From contig JAJEFA010000001.1 in assembly GCA_022820725.1 (NCBI GenBank), positions 182,749 to 246,748 of the forward strand: a DNA stretch of 64,000 bases, in the 5' to 3' direction. The position numbers and the translations under genes were made by a program. Position 1 is the stretch's first letter, and each line of letters begins with the position of its first letter. Origin of the DNA: Candidatus Binatia bacterium (GTDB lineage Bacteria > Desulfobacterota > Binatia > Bin18). This document shows positions 18,001 to 28,115 of the stretch, one piece after another. A model generated the notes under the pieces. The model was given only the letters and a program-made list of their open reading frames with translations, searched no databases and was not told the origin of the DNA.

Positions 18001-19314
18001 TCAAGGCCGTTCATACTCCAAGGGATCGTCGGTGGCCAGAGAGCGGAGCGTGATGCCGTCAAGGGCCTGCTCAACCGCCCGATTCCGCCGGTCGAGCAGA
18101 GTCGAGATGACATCTCCGCCATCCATTACGGCAGGCTCGCCCCCAGGCGTACGCAGGATATCCAGCACGCTCGCGACCGCAATCTGCTCGGGCGGACGGC
18201 CAGGGACTATACCTTCCGGCTCAACGGTCTGCAAGAGCACGCCTTTTGCCAGCAGTGTTTCAATCAGCGGCTCCAGCGCAGAGAGCTGAACGCGGATATT
18301 TTTGGCAAGAGCGGCAACCGACCACGGCGTTTGTTCGGCAAGATAGCGCCGCGTAATGGCGACCAGGGCAGTCAGCGCGAGCCGTTCCTGCGACAGCGGG
18401 GTTTTGCCATCCAGTTCGGCTCGATAGGAGTTCGGATGTTGATGAAAACAGGCGACTTCGGCACCCATCAAAATAATCAGCCAACTGGCGTACACCCAGA
18501 TAAAAAAGAAAACCAGGATGGCAAAACTCGAATAGATGGCCGCATAGCGTGCGGAACCGGCAATAAAGGCGGCAAAGCCGACCCCGGCCAACTGCCATAA
18601 AACGGCCGCGACCACCCCGCCTAATAAGGCGGAGCCAAAGCGTACGGCAGTATTGGGAACAAAGACGTACAAAAACGTGAAGGCAATACACAAAAAGGCG
18701 AACGGCATCAGTTGCGTCGCCACAATAATGAGCGGACCAAGCAACTCGTTCGCAATCATATACTGCACCACGGTGTGACTCTGGGCCGAGGCGATAACGG
18801 TCAATGCCGTAAAGACCAGCACCGGACCGACCAGGACCACACTCAGATAGTCACTGCATTTCTTGCCCCAGGTACGAGAGTGCCGCACTTGCCAGATATA
18901 GTTGAACGAGTCTTCAATTTTGCTGATCAGCGAGACCACGGTATAGAACAGGGTCGCCACCCCGACCGCGCCCAGCACCCCCACACGCAAGTTGCTGACA
19001 AACTCCAAGGCCCACCGGGTAATTTCAGTCCCCTGCTCGCCCAACGGCTCCAGGGCTTGAGCCAGAGACGGCTCAATGAGATTGTGCACCCCGAATGCCT
19101 TGAGCACGGCAAACATGACCGCCAAGAGCGGCACCAGGGACAGCAGGGTGACATAGGTGAGCCCCATGGCCCGCAGGCTGAGCGCGTCGTCCTGAACTTT
19201 TTTGCGGACCGCAGAAAAAAAGGAATAACCCCGTGGCAGCCACTGTGTTAGCGCTGCCCACAGGTGCTGGAGAGCGAAACTCTGTACCTTTTTGACGCGA
19301 TACTCCTGGTTCAT
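18001..19314 (-). CDS. YihY/BrkB-family inner membrane protein with a C-terminal soluble extension
   Basis: Multi-TM N-terminal region (LTYVTLLSLVPLLAVMFAVL...) characteristic of YihY/virulence factor BrkB, plus a C-terminal extension of about 140 aa. Confidence 0.7.
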   Translation of the reverse strand: MNQEYRVKKVQSFALQHLWAALTQWLPRGYSFFSAVRKKVQDDALSLRAMGLTYVTLLSLVPLLAVMFAVLKAFGVHNLIEPSLAQALEPLGEQGTEITRWALEFVSNLRVGVLGAVGVATLFYTVVSLISKIEDSFNYIWQVRHSRTWGKKCSDYLSVVLVGPVLVFTALTVIASAQSHTVVQYMIANELLGPLIIVATQLMPFAFLCIAFTFLYVFVPNTAVRFGSALLGGVVAAVLWQLAGVGFAAFIAGSARYAAIYSSFAILVFFFIWVYASWLIILMGAEVACFHQHPNSYRAELDGKTPLSQERLALTALVAITRRYLAEQTPWSVAALAKNIRVQLSALEPLIETLLAKGVLLQTVEPEGIVPGRPPEQIAVASVLDILRTPGGEPAVMDGGDVISTLLDRRNRAVEQALDGITLRSLATDDPLEYERP

Positions 19315-19463
19315 GCCGCAGTCTATCCTATAGCTTAAAAAACAACCTTTTCTTTAGGCGGAGGTATTTGAATGTTTGTGGCCCATTCCATTCTCAAACA
19401 ATATGAAAATCAAGAGCGAACGGCCCAACGCTCAACATCGGTTCCTCTTGAGGGAAACATTGA

Positions 19464-20747
19464 ATGACCGGCTCCGGCACAACTGCGCGGTTGCTTCTCT
19501 TGTTCGGTGTTTTCTCCTGTGTATTGACGGCGCCTCCCCGTACCGCCCATGGTGTTACTTCGCTCTGGCAGCGTGAAACGCTGACCGGAGATTGGGGGAC
19601 ACTCCGCACAAGGCTCGAAGAGAGAGGCGTGAGTTTTGAGGGAGTGTACACGGGCGAGACCTTTTCTAATATTGGCGGTATCCGGCAGAAAACCGTCTAT
19701 CTCGACAATGTTGCCTTGACGCTGACCTTGGATGGCAAAGTATTACTCGGCTGGCCTGGGGTACGGCTGTTTGTCCATGGCCTGGGCAATCAGGGTGGAG
19801 ACCCGAGTCGCCATATCGGCGACGTGCAAATCGTTAGCAATATTGAAACGTTTGATACCTGGAGGCTGTACGAAGCATGGGTCGAACAACAGCTTTTTGA
19901 GGAAAGGCTTTCCCTCCTGGCTGGCCTGTATGACCTGAATAGCGAGTTTGATTACATCCGGACCGCTCAACTCTTTCTCAATAGTTCCTTTGGTATTGGC
20001 CCTGAGTTCTCCCTGAGTGGTGAAAACGGTCCCTCAGTTTTCCCCACGACATCTTTAGGATTCAGGGTCCGCCTCCAACCCTCTCCCCAGATATATTTCC
20101 AAACGGCTATTCTGGATGGCATTCCAGGAGACCCGCATGACCCCAAAGGGACGCAGATTATCTTAGATGATGATGACGGGATACTGGTGGCAACCGAAAT
20201 GGCCTATCTCGTTGGAGTAGAAGAGACCTCTCCATTCCCGTACGGAAAATACGCTCTGGGCGGATGGACGTATACGACGGATTTTAACGATGCTGTCTCC
20301 ACCGATAGAGCTGGTCAGCCGATTCGTCGAGGGGGGACGTTTGGCCTGTATGGCTTCGCCGAGCAGACAATTCTTCGTGAACAACAAGACCCGTCCCAGG
20401 GGCTGGCACTGTTTATACGCCTCGGTATCGCAGACTCACGGGTCAATCGTTTTGGCTTGTATACTGGAGTGGGTGTGGTTTATACGGGCCTATTGCCACA
20501 ACGTCCTGATGACCAGCTAGGCTTTGGGATAGCTGCCCTGCACAACAGTCATCGATTTAGACGGGCACGGAGCATTGCAGGACAGCCAACGGCGCATGCG
20601 GAGATCGAAGGTGAGGTGACTTATCGAGCAGGAATCCTGCCGTGGCTGACAGTGCAGCCTTCGTTCCAGTATGTCATCAATCCCGGTACGGAAAAGGCTA
20701 TTCCGGATGCCTTCGTCATGGGATTACGATTTGAAATTCTCCTTTAA
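19464..20747 (+). CDS. Carbohydrate-selective porin, OprB family
   Basis: Signal peptide, beta-barrel composition and conserved OprB-like N-terminal region (SLWQRETLTGDWGTLRTRLEERGVSFEGVYTGE...NVALTLTLDG); C-terminal F. Confidence 0.7.
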   Translation: MTGSGTTARLLLLFGVFSCVLTAPPRTAHGVTSLWQRETLTGDWGTLRTRLEERGVSFEGVYTGETFSNIGGIRQKTVYLDNVALTLTLDGKVLLGWPGVRLFVHGLGNQGGDPSRHIGDVQIVSNIETFDTWRLYEAWVEQQLFEERLSLLAGLYDLNSEFDYIRTAQLFLNSSFGIGPEFSLSGENGPSVFPTTSLGFRVRLQPSPQIYFQTAILDGIPGDPHDPKGTQIILDDDDGILVATEMAYLVGVEETSPFPYGKYALGGWTYTTDFNDAVSTDRAGQPIRRGGTFGLYGFAEQTILREQQDPSQGLALFIRLGIADSRVNRFGLYTGVGVVYTGLLPQRPDDQLGFGIAALHNSHRFRRARSIAGQPTAHAEIEGEVTYRAGILPWLTVQPSFQYVINPGTEKAIPDAFVMGLRFEILL

Positions 20748-20927
20748 AATATTGCGTATATTTATGTATGATGGGGGGAAATCCACGAGGGGGGATCATC
20801 AGGCACTCTGATCGAAGGCGCCTTGCTGAAGCGCACTGAGAAACCCGGTCCAACGAAGCTGGGGCAAAAGTCCTTGAATACCCCCACTGTGGCGCTGCCA
20901 CTCTTTGGCCGAAGGTAAGGATATTGC

Positions 20928-21719
20928 GTGTTACTGTCTGTTATTATCCCCGCCTATAATGAAGCGACGACGATCCGGGTTATTCTTGAGCGCGTTGCCC
21001 GTACCCCGTTTGCCAAAGAGCTGATTGTGGTGGACGACGGGTCGAGCGACGGGACACGAGACATCCTGCGCACCATCCAAGCCGAGTTTGCCCCACCTGC
21101 TCAGTCCCTCGGCCTCCCCCCGGACGCGCCGGCGTGTACCCTCACCGTCCTCTTCCACCCCCACAACCGGGGCAAAGGCGCGGCCATCCGCACCGGCCTT
21201 CGGGCGGTCACGGGCGACATCGTGCTCATTCAAGACGCCGACCTGGAATACGACCCGGCGGACTACGTCTCCCTGCTCAGTCCCATCCTGGACGGCAAAG
21301 CCGAAGTGGTCTACGGTTCACGCTTTGCGGGTTCTCCCCGGCGGGTGCTGTTTTTCTGGCACTCGATCGGCAATAAGTTTCTGACCCTGCTGTCGAATCT
21401 GTTCACCAGTCTGCATCTGACCGATATGGAGACCGGCTATAAAGTCTTTCGGACAGAGGTCATCCAGGGGCTCCCTCTGCGCTCGGACCGGTTTGGCTTT
21501 GAACCGGAGATTACCGCCAAAATTGCCCAGCGGGGGGCCCGGCTCTATGAAGTCCCCATCTCGTATGCCGGGCGAACCTATGCCGAGGGGAAAAAAATCA
21601 ACTGGAAAGACGGGCTGGCGGCCGTGTGGGCGATCATGCGCTATAACCTGATCGACGAAATCAGTGCGGCTGGCGAGAAAACGCTCTCCCGCATGGATAC
21701 ATGTCTTAGGCAAAGGTAA
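20928..21719 (+). CDS. GT2 glycosyltransferase, polyprenol-phosphate sugar transferase-like (DPM1/ArnC-like)
   Basis: LSVIIPAYNEATTI...LIVVDDGSSDGT...IQDADLEYDP motifs. GTG start behind AAGGTAAGGA. Confidence 0.8.
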   Translation: MLLSVIIPAYNEATTIRVILERVARTPFAKELIVVDDGSSDGTRDILRTIQAEFAPPAQSLGLPPDAPACTLTVLFHPHNRGKGAAIRTGLRAVTGDIVLIQDADLEYDPADYVSLLSPILDGKAEVVYGSRFAGSPRRVLFFWHSIGNKFLTLLSNLFTSLHLTDMETGYKVFRTEVIQGLPLRSDRFGFEPEITAKIAQRGARLYEVPISYAGRTYAEGKKINWKDGLAAVWAIMRYNLIDEISAAGEKTLSRMDTCLRQR

Positions 21720-22166
21720 GGACGGTTCGGCGAAGATCAAGATGTAGAACGGAGAATAGCCGACCTGTCCCGAAGCATTTTTTATAATGAGAGAGCTGAG
21801 GTGACAGCTATACTATCCGGAGAGGGTTAGGCACTTGTGGATCAGGGAGCTATGGTCGGGGATGGAACACAAAATCTATCTCGGGGATGCCGGTGAGGAG
21901 GAGTAGGCGGTAGTCGCGTTGTATAGGGGGTAGAGAGCCGGCGTAGCGGAATCTTTAGCGATGACATGTGACGAAACGGCCTCCGCGGGAGCACTAGCAG
22001 CGAGCCACCATATACCAATTCCCCACGGGACCAATAGTCCCACTCCCGCTGGCGCTGGTACACTTCGAAGCCAACTGGTACAGTTCGACCCGCCAAGTGC
22101 TGCACTTTGAACTTCAAAGTGGGGTCATTGTCCTGGTACCCGACCTTTCACCCGGGGAGGAGGCCC

Positions 22167-23105
22167 ATGAAGATTCTGATTGCCTATGACGGTTCGAGCT
22201 GTGCCGACGCGGCCTTAAACGACCTCCGCCGAGCAGGACTACCGGCCGAGGTGAAGGCGAGAATTCTCTCGGTCGCCGATGTCTGGGTCGCCCCAAGGCC
22301 AGACAAAGAAGTGTGTCTCCAGCCAGTCATAACAGTACGGGAAAAGCGGGTTATTGCGGCTCGGAATCAGGCTCACGAAAAGGCGATGCACGCGGTAGAG
22401 GAGGCTCGGGCGCTTGCAGTCCGGGCTTGCAGACGGGTACAAGCGAACTCTCCGAGCTGGGAAGTTTCAGCCGAAGCCGGTGCCGATTCCCCCGCCTGGG
22501 CAGTGCTCAAAGAGGCACATGACTGGAAGCCAGACCTGATTGTTCTTGGTTCGCACGGTCGTTCTCCTCTAGACCGTCTCATGCTGGGCAGTGTCTCTCA
22601 GAAAGTCGTGACGGAAGCACGGTGTTCAGTACGAGTGTCACGGGGTCAAAATAAACAAGCCGACTCTCCCATACGAATTGTTCTTGGCGTCGATGGCTCA
22701 CCTGGGGCGGACGCTGCGGTGCGTACACTGACCCAACGGTCCTGGCCTTCGGACACGAGGGTCTATGTCGTTGCGGTCATTAACCCTGTTTTGGCCACAG
22801 CCATACTCTGGCGCGAAACGTATGAGCAAACACAAGACGTCCAAGAACGGGTCCAAGCCTTGGTTGAAGCGGTGGTCGAGCAGTTACGGGGGGCAGGGCT
22901 CGCCGCCTCTCCCCATATCCTCAGCGGCAACCCAAAGCAGGTTCTTGTAGAAGCAACTGAGCGTTGGGATGCAGACTGCATTTTTGTCGGGGCACGGGGG
23001 CTACGCGGAATCGGGAGATTCTTTCTCGGCAGCGTGTCAGCCGCGATCTCCTCGCGGTCACACTGTTCGGTTGAGGTCGTACGGACAGACAGCGAAAATG
23101 AATAA
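22167..23105 (+). CDS. Universal stress protein with tandem UspA domains
   Basis: Two USP modules (MKILIAYDGSSCADAAL...DLIVLGSHGRSPLDRLMLGSVSQKVV and IRIVLGVDGSPGAD...DCIFVGARGLRGIGRFFLGSVSAAISSRSHCSVEVVR). Start at MKIL behind GGGGAGGAGG. Confidence 0.8.
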   Translation: MKILIAYDGSSCADAALNDLRRAGLPAEVKARILSVADVWVAPRPDKEVCLQPVITVREKRVIAARNQAHEKAMHAVEEARALAVRACRRVQANSPSWEVSAEAGADSPAWAVLKEAHDWKPDLIVLGSHGRSPLDRLMLGSVSQKVVTEARCSVRVSRGQNKQADSPIRIVLGVDGSPGADAAVRTLTQRSWPSDTRVYVVAVINPVLATAILWRETYEQTQDVQERVQALVEAVVEQLRGAGLAASPHILSGNPKQVLVEATERWDADCIFVGARGLRGIGRFFLGSVSAAISSRSHCSVEVVRTDSENE

Positions 23106-23109
23106 TTAG

Positions 23110-23340
23110 ATATGAGAGCTTTGTCACCAGCACCGGACACGGAGCATGGCGGATCACCCGCTCGGCTACGCTGCCGATAAACACATGGGCGAGTCCGATC
23201 CGCCCGTGTGAACCCATCACAATCAGGTCTACTTGTTGCGTTAATGCCTCATCGCAAATCGCCCGAAACCGGCCCCCGCGTCTCCCATCTGCTAAACTCT
23301 CTACGCTCATGTCTGCTATTCTCGTGGGAGAAGCATCCAT
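23110..23340 (-). pseudogene. Remnant of a universal stress protein gene (C-terminal half only: ...VDLIVMGSHGRIGLAHVFIGSVAERVIRHAPCPVLVT), convergent with the tandem USP gene
   Basis: Only the C-terminal ATP-binding half of a USP domain is present. The N-terminal half is missing because kef starts at 23359. The reading frame then runs antisense into the neighbouring USP gene (the track ORF 22921..23793 is an artefactual extension). Confidence 0.4.
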
Positions 23341-23358
23341 TTCTGCTACACTGCGCGT

Positions 23359-25008
23359 ATGCCTGAAGTCGCATATCTCAAAGACTTGGTCATTGTGTTG
23401 GGGGTGGCGGTGGCGGTCGTCACCCTCCTGAGGCGCGCGCACTTTCCCTCGATTGCCGGGTTCATCCTGACCGGGGCGCTCGTCGGGCCGACCGGCCTCG
23501 GGCTCATCAACGACGCCCATCATGTCGAGGTCCTGGCCGAGGTGGGCGTCGTCCTCCTGCTCTTCGGGATCGGGCTGGAACTCTCGCTCGACCGGCTCCA
23601 GCGTCTGTGGAAAGTCATCCTGCTGGGCGGGGGGCTGCAGATCGCCCTCACGGTTGCGTGCACGGCAGTGTTGGCCATGTGGTTCGGACTGTCGCTCGGC
23701 CCCGCGCTCTTCCTGGGCTGTGTCGTCGCGGTCTCCAGCACGGCCATCGTCTTGCGTGCGCTTTCCACGAGCGGCGAACTCGAAGCGCCGCACGGCCGCC
23801 TGGCGGTTGGCATCCTCGTCTTCCAGGACCTGTGTGTGGTGCCGATGATGTTGGCCGTGCCCTACCTGGCTGGAGAAGGGGGCGCCATCGGGGACATTGC
23901 CATGACGGTCGGCACGGCCCTCATGGTCCTCGTGGGGGTGTTGCTCGCTGCGCGCCGTGTCGTCCCCCGCTTGCTCGCGTTCGTGGCCCGGACCCGCGAG
24001 CGCGAACTCTTCATTCTGAGCGTCTTTCTCGTCTGCTTCGGCACGGCCTGGGCATTATCGGTGGCGGGCATCTCCCTGGCCCTCGGGGCGTTTCTGGCCG
24101 GCCTGGTCGTCGCGGGCAGCGAGTTTCGGCACCAGGCGATGTCAGAGGTAATCCCGGCCCGCGAGGTCCTGGCCAGTCTGTTCTTCGTGTCTGTCGGCAT
24201 GTTGCTGAATGTGGCGGACATCGGTGCGCACCTGCTAGCGACCGTCGGGCTCCTGGGCGTCATCCTCATCGGCAAGTTCGCGATTATTCTCGGCACCGCG
24301 CTGCTCCTCCGCCTGCCCTTGCGGGTGGGCATCCTGTCCGCCGCCACGCTGTGCCAGATTGGGGAATTCTCCTTCGTGCTCTTGAACGCCGCTTACGGAA
24401 CCGACCTCCTCACAGCCGCGCTGGCCCACAATCTGCTGATGGCCATTGTCCTCTCCATGCTGCTGACACCGCTGACCATTGCGTTTGGGCCCAGCCTAGT
24501 CGGCGGTGCGGCGTATGTGCCCTGGCTGAACCGACTCTTGGGGGCAGAACCACCCGGCATCGATCTGCCCGAGCCGCCCAGCGGCCATGTCATCGTGGCC
24601 GGCTATGGTCTGACGGGCCAGCGCGTCTGTCGGGCTGTGCGAGGGATGGGGTTGACCTATGTCGCGGTTGACCGGAACCCGGACAAGGTCCGCGCGGCCC
24701 ACGCCGCCGGCGACCGGGCCGTCCTCGGAGACGTTGCGCAACAGGAGGTGCTGGAGGAGTTGGGCTGCCGGCAGGCCCGTCTGGTGGTCGTGAATATCAA
24801 CGACACGAGTGCCGCCGAATCCGCCGTCCGTACAATTCGGGCGACCGCCCCGCACGTCGCGGTGATCGCCCGAGCCCCGTACGAGATGGACAAGGACTCG
24901 CTGCAATCCGCCGGTGCCGCCGAGGTCATTACGGCCGAAGCCACGGCCAGCGAGGCGATCGTGGCAACCTGTCTGGCGGCTCTCCGCACGACGCAGCCAC
25001 CGGCCTAA
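23359..25008 (+). CDS. Kef-type monovalent cation:proton antiporter (CPA2) with C-terminal RCK/TrkA-N domain
   Basis: 12-13 TM N-terminal region with ...ILTGALVGPTGLGLI...LLLFGIGLELSL... and a C-terminal NAD-binding-like GYGLTGQRVCRAV...VAVDRNPD domain. Confidence 0.85.
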   Translation: MPEVAYLKDLVIVLGVAVAVVTLLRRAHFPSIAGFILTGALVGPTGLGLINDAHHVEVLAEVGVVLLLFGIGLELSLDRLQRLWKVILLGGGLQIALTVACTAVLAMWFGLSLGPALFLGCVVAVSSTAIVLRALSTSGELEAPHGRLAVGILVFQDLCVVPMMLAVPYLAGEGGAIGDIAMTVGTALMVLVGVLLAARRVVPRLLAFVARTRERELFILSVFLVCFGTAWALSVAGISLALGAFLAGLVVAGSEFRHQAMSEVIPAREVLASLFFVSVGMLLNVADIGAHLLATVGLLGVILIGKFAIILGTALLLRLPLRVGILSAATLCQIGEFSFVLLNAAYGTDLLTAALAHNLLMAIVLSMLLTPLTIAFGPSLVGGAAYVPWLNRLLGAEPPGIDLPEPPSGHVIVAGYGLTGQRVCRAVRGMGLTYVAVDRNPDKVRAAHAAGDRAVLGDVAQQEVLEELGCRQARLVVVNINDTSAAESAVRTIRATAPHVAVIARAPYEMDKDSLQSAGAAEVITAEATASEAIVATCLAALRTTQPPA

Positions 25009-25309
25009 GCATGCCAGACACGCCCGCGGTAGCCTCCCGAGCGTTGCCCACCCACGGCCGAGGCCACGGGCGGCCGTCCCGCTCTTTGCCTTCTGTCTGA
25101 AGATTTTTCGGCAGGGCGATCCTTTTCCCTAAGTCGTTCACCCGCGCGTGCCCAGCCTCGGCCCGTAAGTCCCTGATGTTCTTACACTTGCCCACGACCG
25201 CGCCACCCGCCGTGTTGGCGTGTATGAATATCCTTTCTCAAAAAAGACAATTCTGTGAGTGGGGGAAATACGTTTACCTAGCGCAAATTACGATGCCGTG
25301 TAGCGCGTC

Positions 25310-25380
25310 TCTCTCCTCCTTAAGGAGTGCGGGCTTCCAGCCCGCAAGCGGCCAAGATGGCCGCTCTCCCAGGCGGGGAG
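25310..25380. repeat. Copy of the three-hairpin repeat family (CTCCTTAAGGAG / GCGGGCTTCCAGCCCGC / GCGGCCAAGATGGCCGC / CTCCCAGG) in the kef-hydrolase intergenic region
   Basis: Same hairpin 1 as the copies at 63061-63200 and 63861-64000. Hairpin 2 carries compensatory GGGC/GCCC to GGCC/GGCC changes that preserve the stem. 3' CTCCCAGG motif conserved. Confidence 0.5.
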
Positions 25381-25560
25381 CCACACCCCCCCCGACCGCT
25401 TAGGGCAGGCCCGTATCCTTCCCGACGAGCGCGGACTGGCACGGCTACAACGTATCGTAAACCGCTCTAGCGTTCTTCTTTCACCACTACCGTTGCGCGT
25501 CCCACTTGTGTTCCACAGTATTTTCGCCTACCCGAGTGAGACAACAAAAAGGAGGAAGAT

Positions 25561-26205
25561 ATGGAAGAGCACATCACCTTTCCGGTTGGCGAGGGCGATA
25601 ACACCATCACCCTGGAAGGGCTCCTTTCGACCTCACACCAGGCTCCCGCGCTTGGAGCGGTGCTGTGTCATCCCCATCCGCTGTATGGGGGCGAAATGCA
25701 CAACAACGTAGTGTCAGCGTTGGCCCACGCCTTCCAAAAGGAGAATATCGCCACGCTGCGATTCAATTTCCGTGGGGTGGGACGCAGTGAAGGCACCCAC
25801 GACGAAGGCGAGGCCGAGCGCGAGGATGTGAAAGCGGCGGTCACGGCTCTGCTGGACCGGCAGCCCGTCTCGACCGTCGTGGTTGCCGGCTATTCGTTTG
25901 GCTCGATGGTCGGCCTGCAAGCCGGGGCGGAAGACGACCGCGTCCACCGCCTGATTGGCGTCGCGTTCCCGCTTGGCTTTCGCGACCCGGCATTTCTTGT
26001 CAACGTGACCAAACCGATCCTGCTCATCAGCGGCGACCGGGACAGCTACTCCCCCATCCCCGACCTGACCGAGCTGGTTGCAAAAATATCAGCCCCCAAG
26101 CAGCTCGAAACCCTGAGCGGCGCGGACCATTTCTTTATGGCCAGAGAGGGCGAAGTCGCCCAGGCCGCAGTCTCGTTTCTTCAGCAGACCGAGAGCAAAT
26201 CATGA
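25561..26205 (+). CDS. Alpha/beta-fold hydrolase (COG2945-like)
   Basis: GYSFGSMVG nucleophile elbow, N-terminal HPHPLYGG motif; AAAAAGGAGG Shine-Dalgarno 6 nt upstream of the ATG. Confidence 0.7.
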   Translation: MEEHITFPVGEGDNTITLEGLLSTSHQAPALGAVLCHPHPLYGGEMHNNVVSALAHAFQKENIATLRFNFRGVGRSEGTHDEGEAEREDVKAAVTALLDRQPVSTVVVAGYSFGSMVGLQAGAEDDRVHRLIGVAFPLGFRDPAFLVNVTKPILLISGDRDSYSPIPDLTELVAKISAPKQLETLSGADHFFMAREGEVAQAAVSFLQQTESKS

Positions 26206-26332
26206 TGCTGCTACACAGCATCATGATTTGCTCCAGCGATGCTCCGCCAGTCCGCTCTATGTGTCTGATTTTTCAGGCGATAGCTCCTCGCCTGCATCGC
26301 CCTCCCCCGGTGGGGAGACGGGGGTCGTGGGG

Positions 26333-26746
26333 TCAGTTCACCATCTCCAGCAGGGCCTTCATGACCTTCTGCAAAAACTCTTCAACTTCTTCCAATACCT
26401 GGGTATGACTGGCGGATTGTTTATGGCTGACGGATGGTTCTAGCTTCTCATGGTGCATGACCCACCACGGCACACCATCCCTCGGACCGCCCTCTCGGAG
26501 TCTCAGCTCTATCGCCTTCCCCACAAGCTCTTCAGCGGCCAAAACAATGTGGTCAGAATGGAGGGTGACAGAGCAAACCCGGTCGAATCTAGGCAATTCA
26601 CACCCGGTTTCCGTACGGGGAGGACCCTCATTTGACAAGTCTGCAAGATGTAACGTCTTATCTGATTTGACCACCTCAAGATGAATCTTGCGTAACCGGT
26701 CCTTGATCTCTTCATACATCATGTCCAGTTGCTTCTCCTTGTCCAT
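26333..26746 (-). CDS. Hypothetical protein (about 137 aa), in a lower-GC patch downstream of corC
   Basis: ORF without recognisable motifs. Local GC is visibly lower than its surroundings. Start placed at the MDKEKQLDMMYEE Met. Confidence 0.35.
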   Translation of the reverse strand: MDKEKQLDMMYEEIKDRLRKIHLEVVKSDKTLHLADLSNEGPPRTETGCELPRFDRVCSVTLHSDHIVLAAEELVGKAIELRLREGGPRDGVPWWVMHHEKLEPSVSHKQSASHTQVLEEVEEFLQKVMKALLEMVN

Positions 26747-26821
26747 GTCTGCTTCTCCCTGGCTCCTGGAGTGTGCATCCATTTCCCGAGCGCTTCCATG
26801 AGGGCGGCAAGGGTATGAGAG

Positions 26822-28087
26822 TCAGTGTTTGCTCTCTTCAGGAGGTAGCTCCTCGCCTGCATCGCCCTGGGCAATGCGCATCCGCACCTGGACCGCCCGG
26901 CCGCCTTGCTCCTCAACCACCTCGGCAACCGCGTTTCGGAGGCGGACCTGGTCGCCGACCTTGAGCAGCCGATTCAAGCGGCTGACCAGCAGCCCCGACA
27001 GCGTATCCACATCGGGCGCATACAGATCAAGCCCCAGCTCCCGGTTCACTCGCTCGATCGGCAACTGCCCGCTCACCTTGAAGATATCGGCACCTTCGGG
27101 CACGATTTCCGGCGGCTCGCTGTCAAACTCGTCCTGCACGTCGCCGACAATCTGCTCAACCACGTTCTCCATGGTAATGACACCGACAACCGAACCGAAC
27201 TCATCGTCAACCAGGGCCATCTGCTGGTGGGTGCTCTGCATCTCTCGCAAGAGCCGGCTGATCGGCAGGGTCTCGGGGATATGTCGGATAGGCCGCGCGA
27301 CCGACCTGAGAACGCCATCGTCGTCGCCCGTCAGGCCCAGCAGGTCCTTGACGTGAACCAGCCCGATCACCTCGTCCAGTGACCCGATACACAGCGGAAA
27401 GCGCGTGTGGCGCGTGTCCTTGGCGATTTCCAGGCATTTTTCAAGCGACCAGTGCACATCGAAGAACACCACATCCCGGCGGGCAACCATCACCTGGCGC
27501 GCCAGCATATCGTCAAAATGAAAAACCGCGTTGAGGAGTTGCAGTTCCGAGGCGGACAACTCGCCCGCCTTCCGTCCCAGATGGATATCGGCCCGAATCT
27601 CATCCTCCGTGACGGCGGGCACACCCAGGCCGCCGGTAAAGAAGCCGGTAAACGCCTGCGTGACCCGAATGAGAGGTGCAAGACCTCTCTGCATCAGCGT
27701 CAGCGGCCAGACGATCAGATGCCAGATGGTGCGCCAGTGGGTTGCCCCGTACGTCTTGGGAAGAATCTCGCCCACAAACAGGATGGCAACGGTCAAACCG
27801 ATGGAAAACGCCGGCACCCAGACTGCGCCCAGCATCTGCGCGGCGTACATTCCGCAGAGTGTTGCCCCGGCCGTGTTCGCAATCGTGTTGAGTATCAGGA
27901 TCGCCGAGGTCGGGCGGGCGATGTTCGCCTTCATGGCGATGAACCGCTCGGCCAGGCGGGCGTGTTTCCCCTCTGCCCGCTCGGCCTCAAGCGACCCGAT
28001 ACGGGTCGAGTACAGTGTGGCTTCGAACAGCGAGCACATGCTCGATATCAGAACCGTCAACCCGGCAACGACAAGCAGCATCGTCAT
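26822..28087 (-). CDS. corC: CNNM/CorC-HlyC family Mg2+/Co2+ efflux protein (DUF21, CBS pair, CorC_HlyC)
   Basis: N-terminal DUF21 TM domain, central CBS pair (...VVFFDVHWSLEKCLEIAK...IGLVHVKDLLGL...) and C-terminal CorC_HlyC domain. Start at MTMLLVV behind GGAGGGG. Confidence 0.8.
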   Translation of the reverse strand: MTMLLVVAGLTVLISSMCSLFEATLYSTRIGSLEAERAEGKHARLAERFIAMKANIARPTSAILILNTIANTAGATLCGMYAAQMLGAVWVPAFSIGLTVAILFVGEILPKTYGATHWRTIWHLIVWPLTLMQRGLAPLIRVTQAFTGFFTGGLGVPAVTEDEIRADIHLGRKAGELSASELQLLNAVFHFDDMLARQVMVARRDVVFFDVHWSLEKCLEIAKDTRHTRFPLCIGSLDEVIGLVHVKDLLGLTGDDDGVLRSVARPIRHIPETLPISRLLREMQSTHQQMALVDDEFGSVVGVITMENVVEQIVGDVQDEFDSEPPEIVPEGADIFKVSGQLPIERVNRELGLDLYAPDVDTLSGLLVSRLNRLLKVGDQVRLRNAVAEVVEEQGGRAVQVRMRIAQGDAGEELPPEESKH

Positions 28088-28115
28088 CTTTGCCCCTCCG
28101 CTCTGTGAACCCGAT

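Noticed and set aside
21842-22117. 91-aa ORF in the USP leader region
   Set aside because: Pro/Arg-rich, no ribosome-binding site, runs antisense to the putative leader: judged non-coding.
22921-23793. 290-aa minus-strand ORF overlapping both the USP gene and kef
   Set aside because: Only residues about 152-227 resemble a protein (a USP C-terminal half). The remainder is antisense read-through of neighbouring genes. Reported instead as a USP remnant at 23110-23340.
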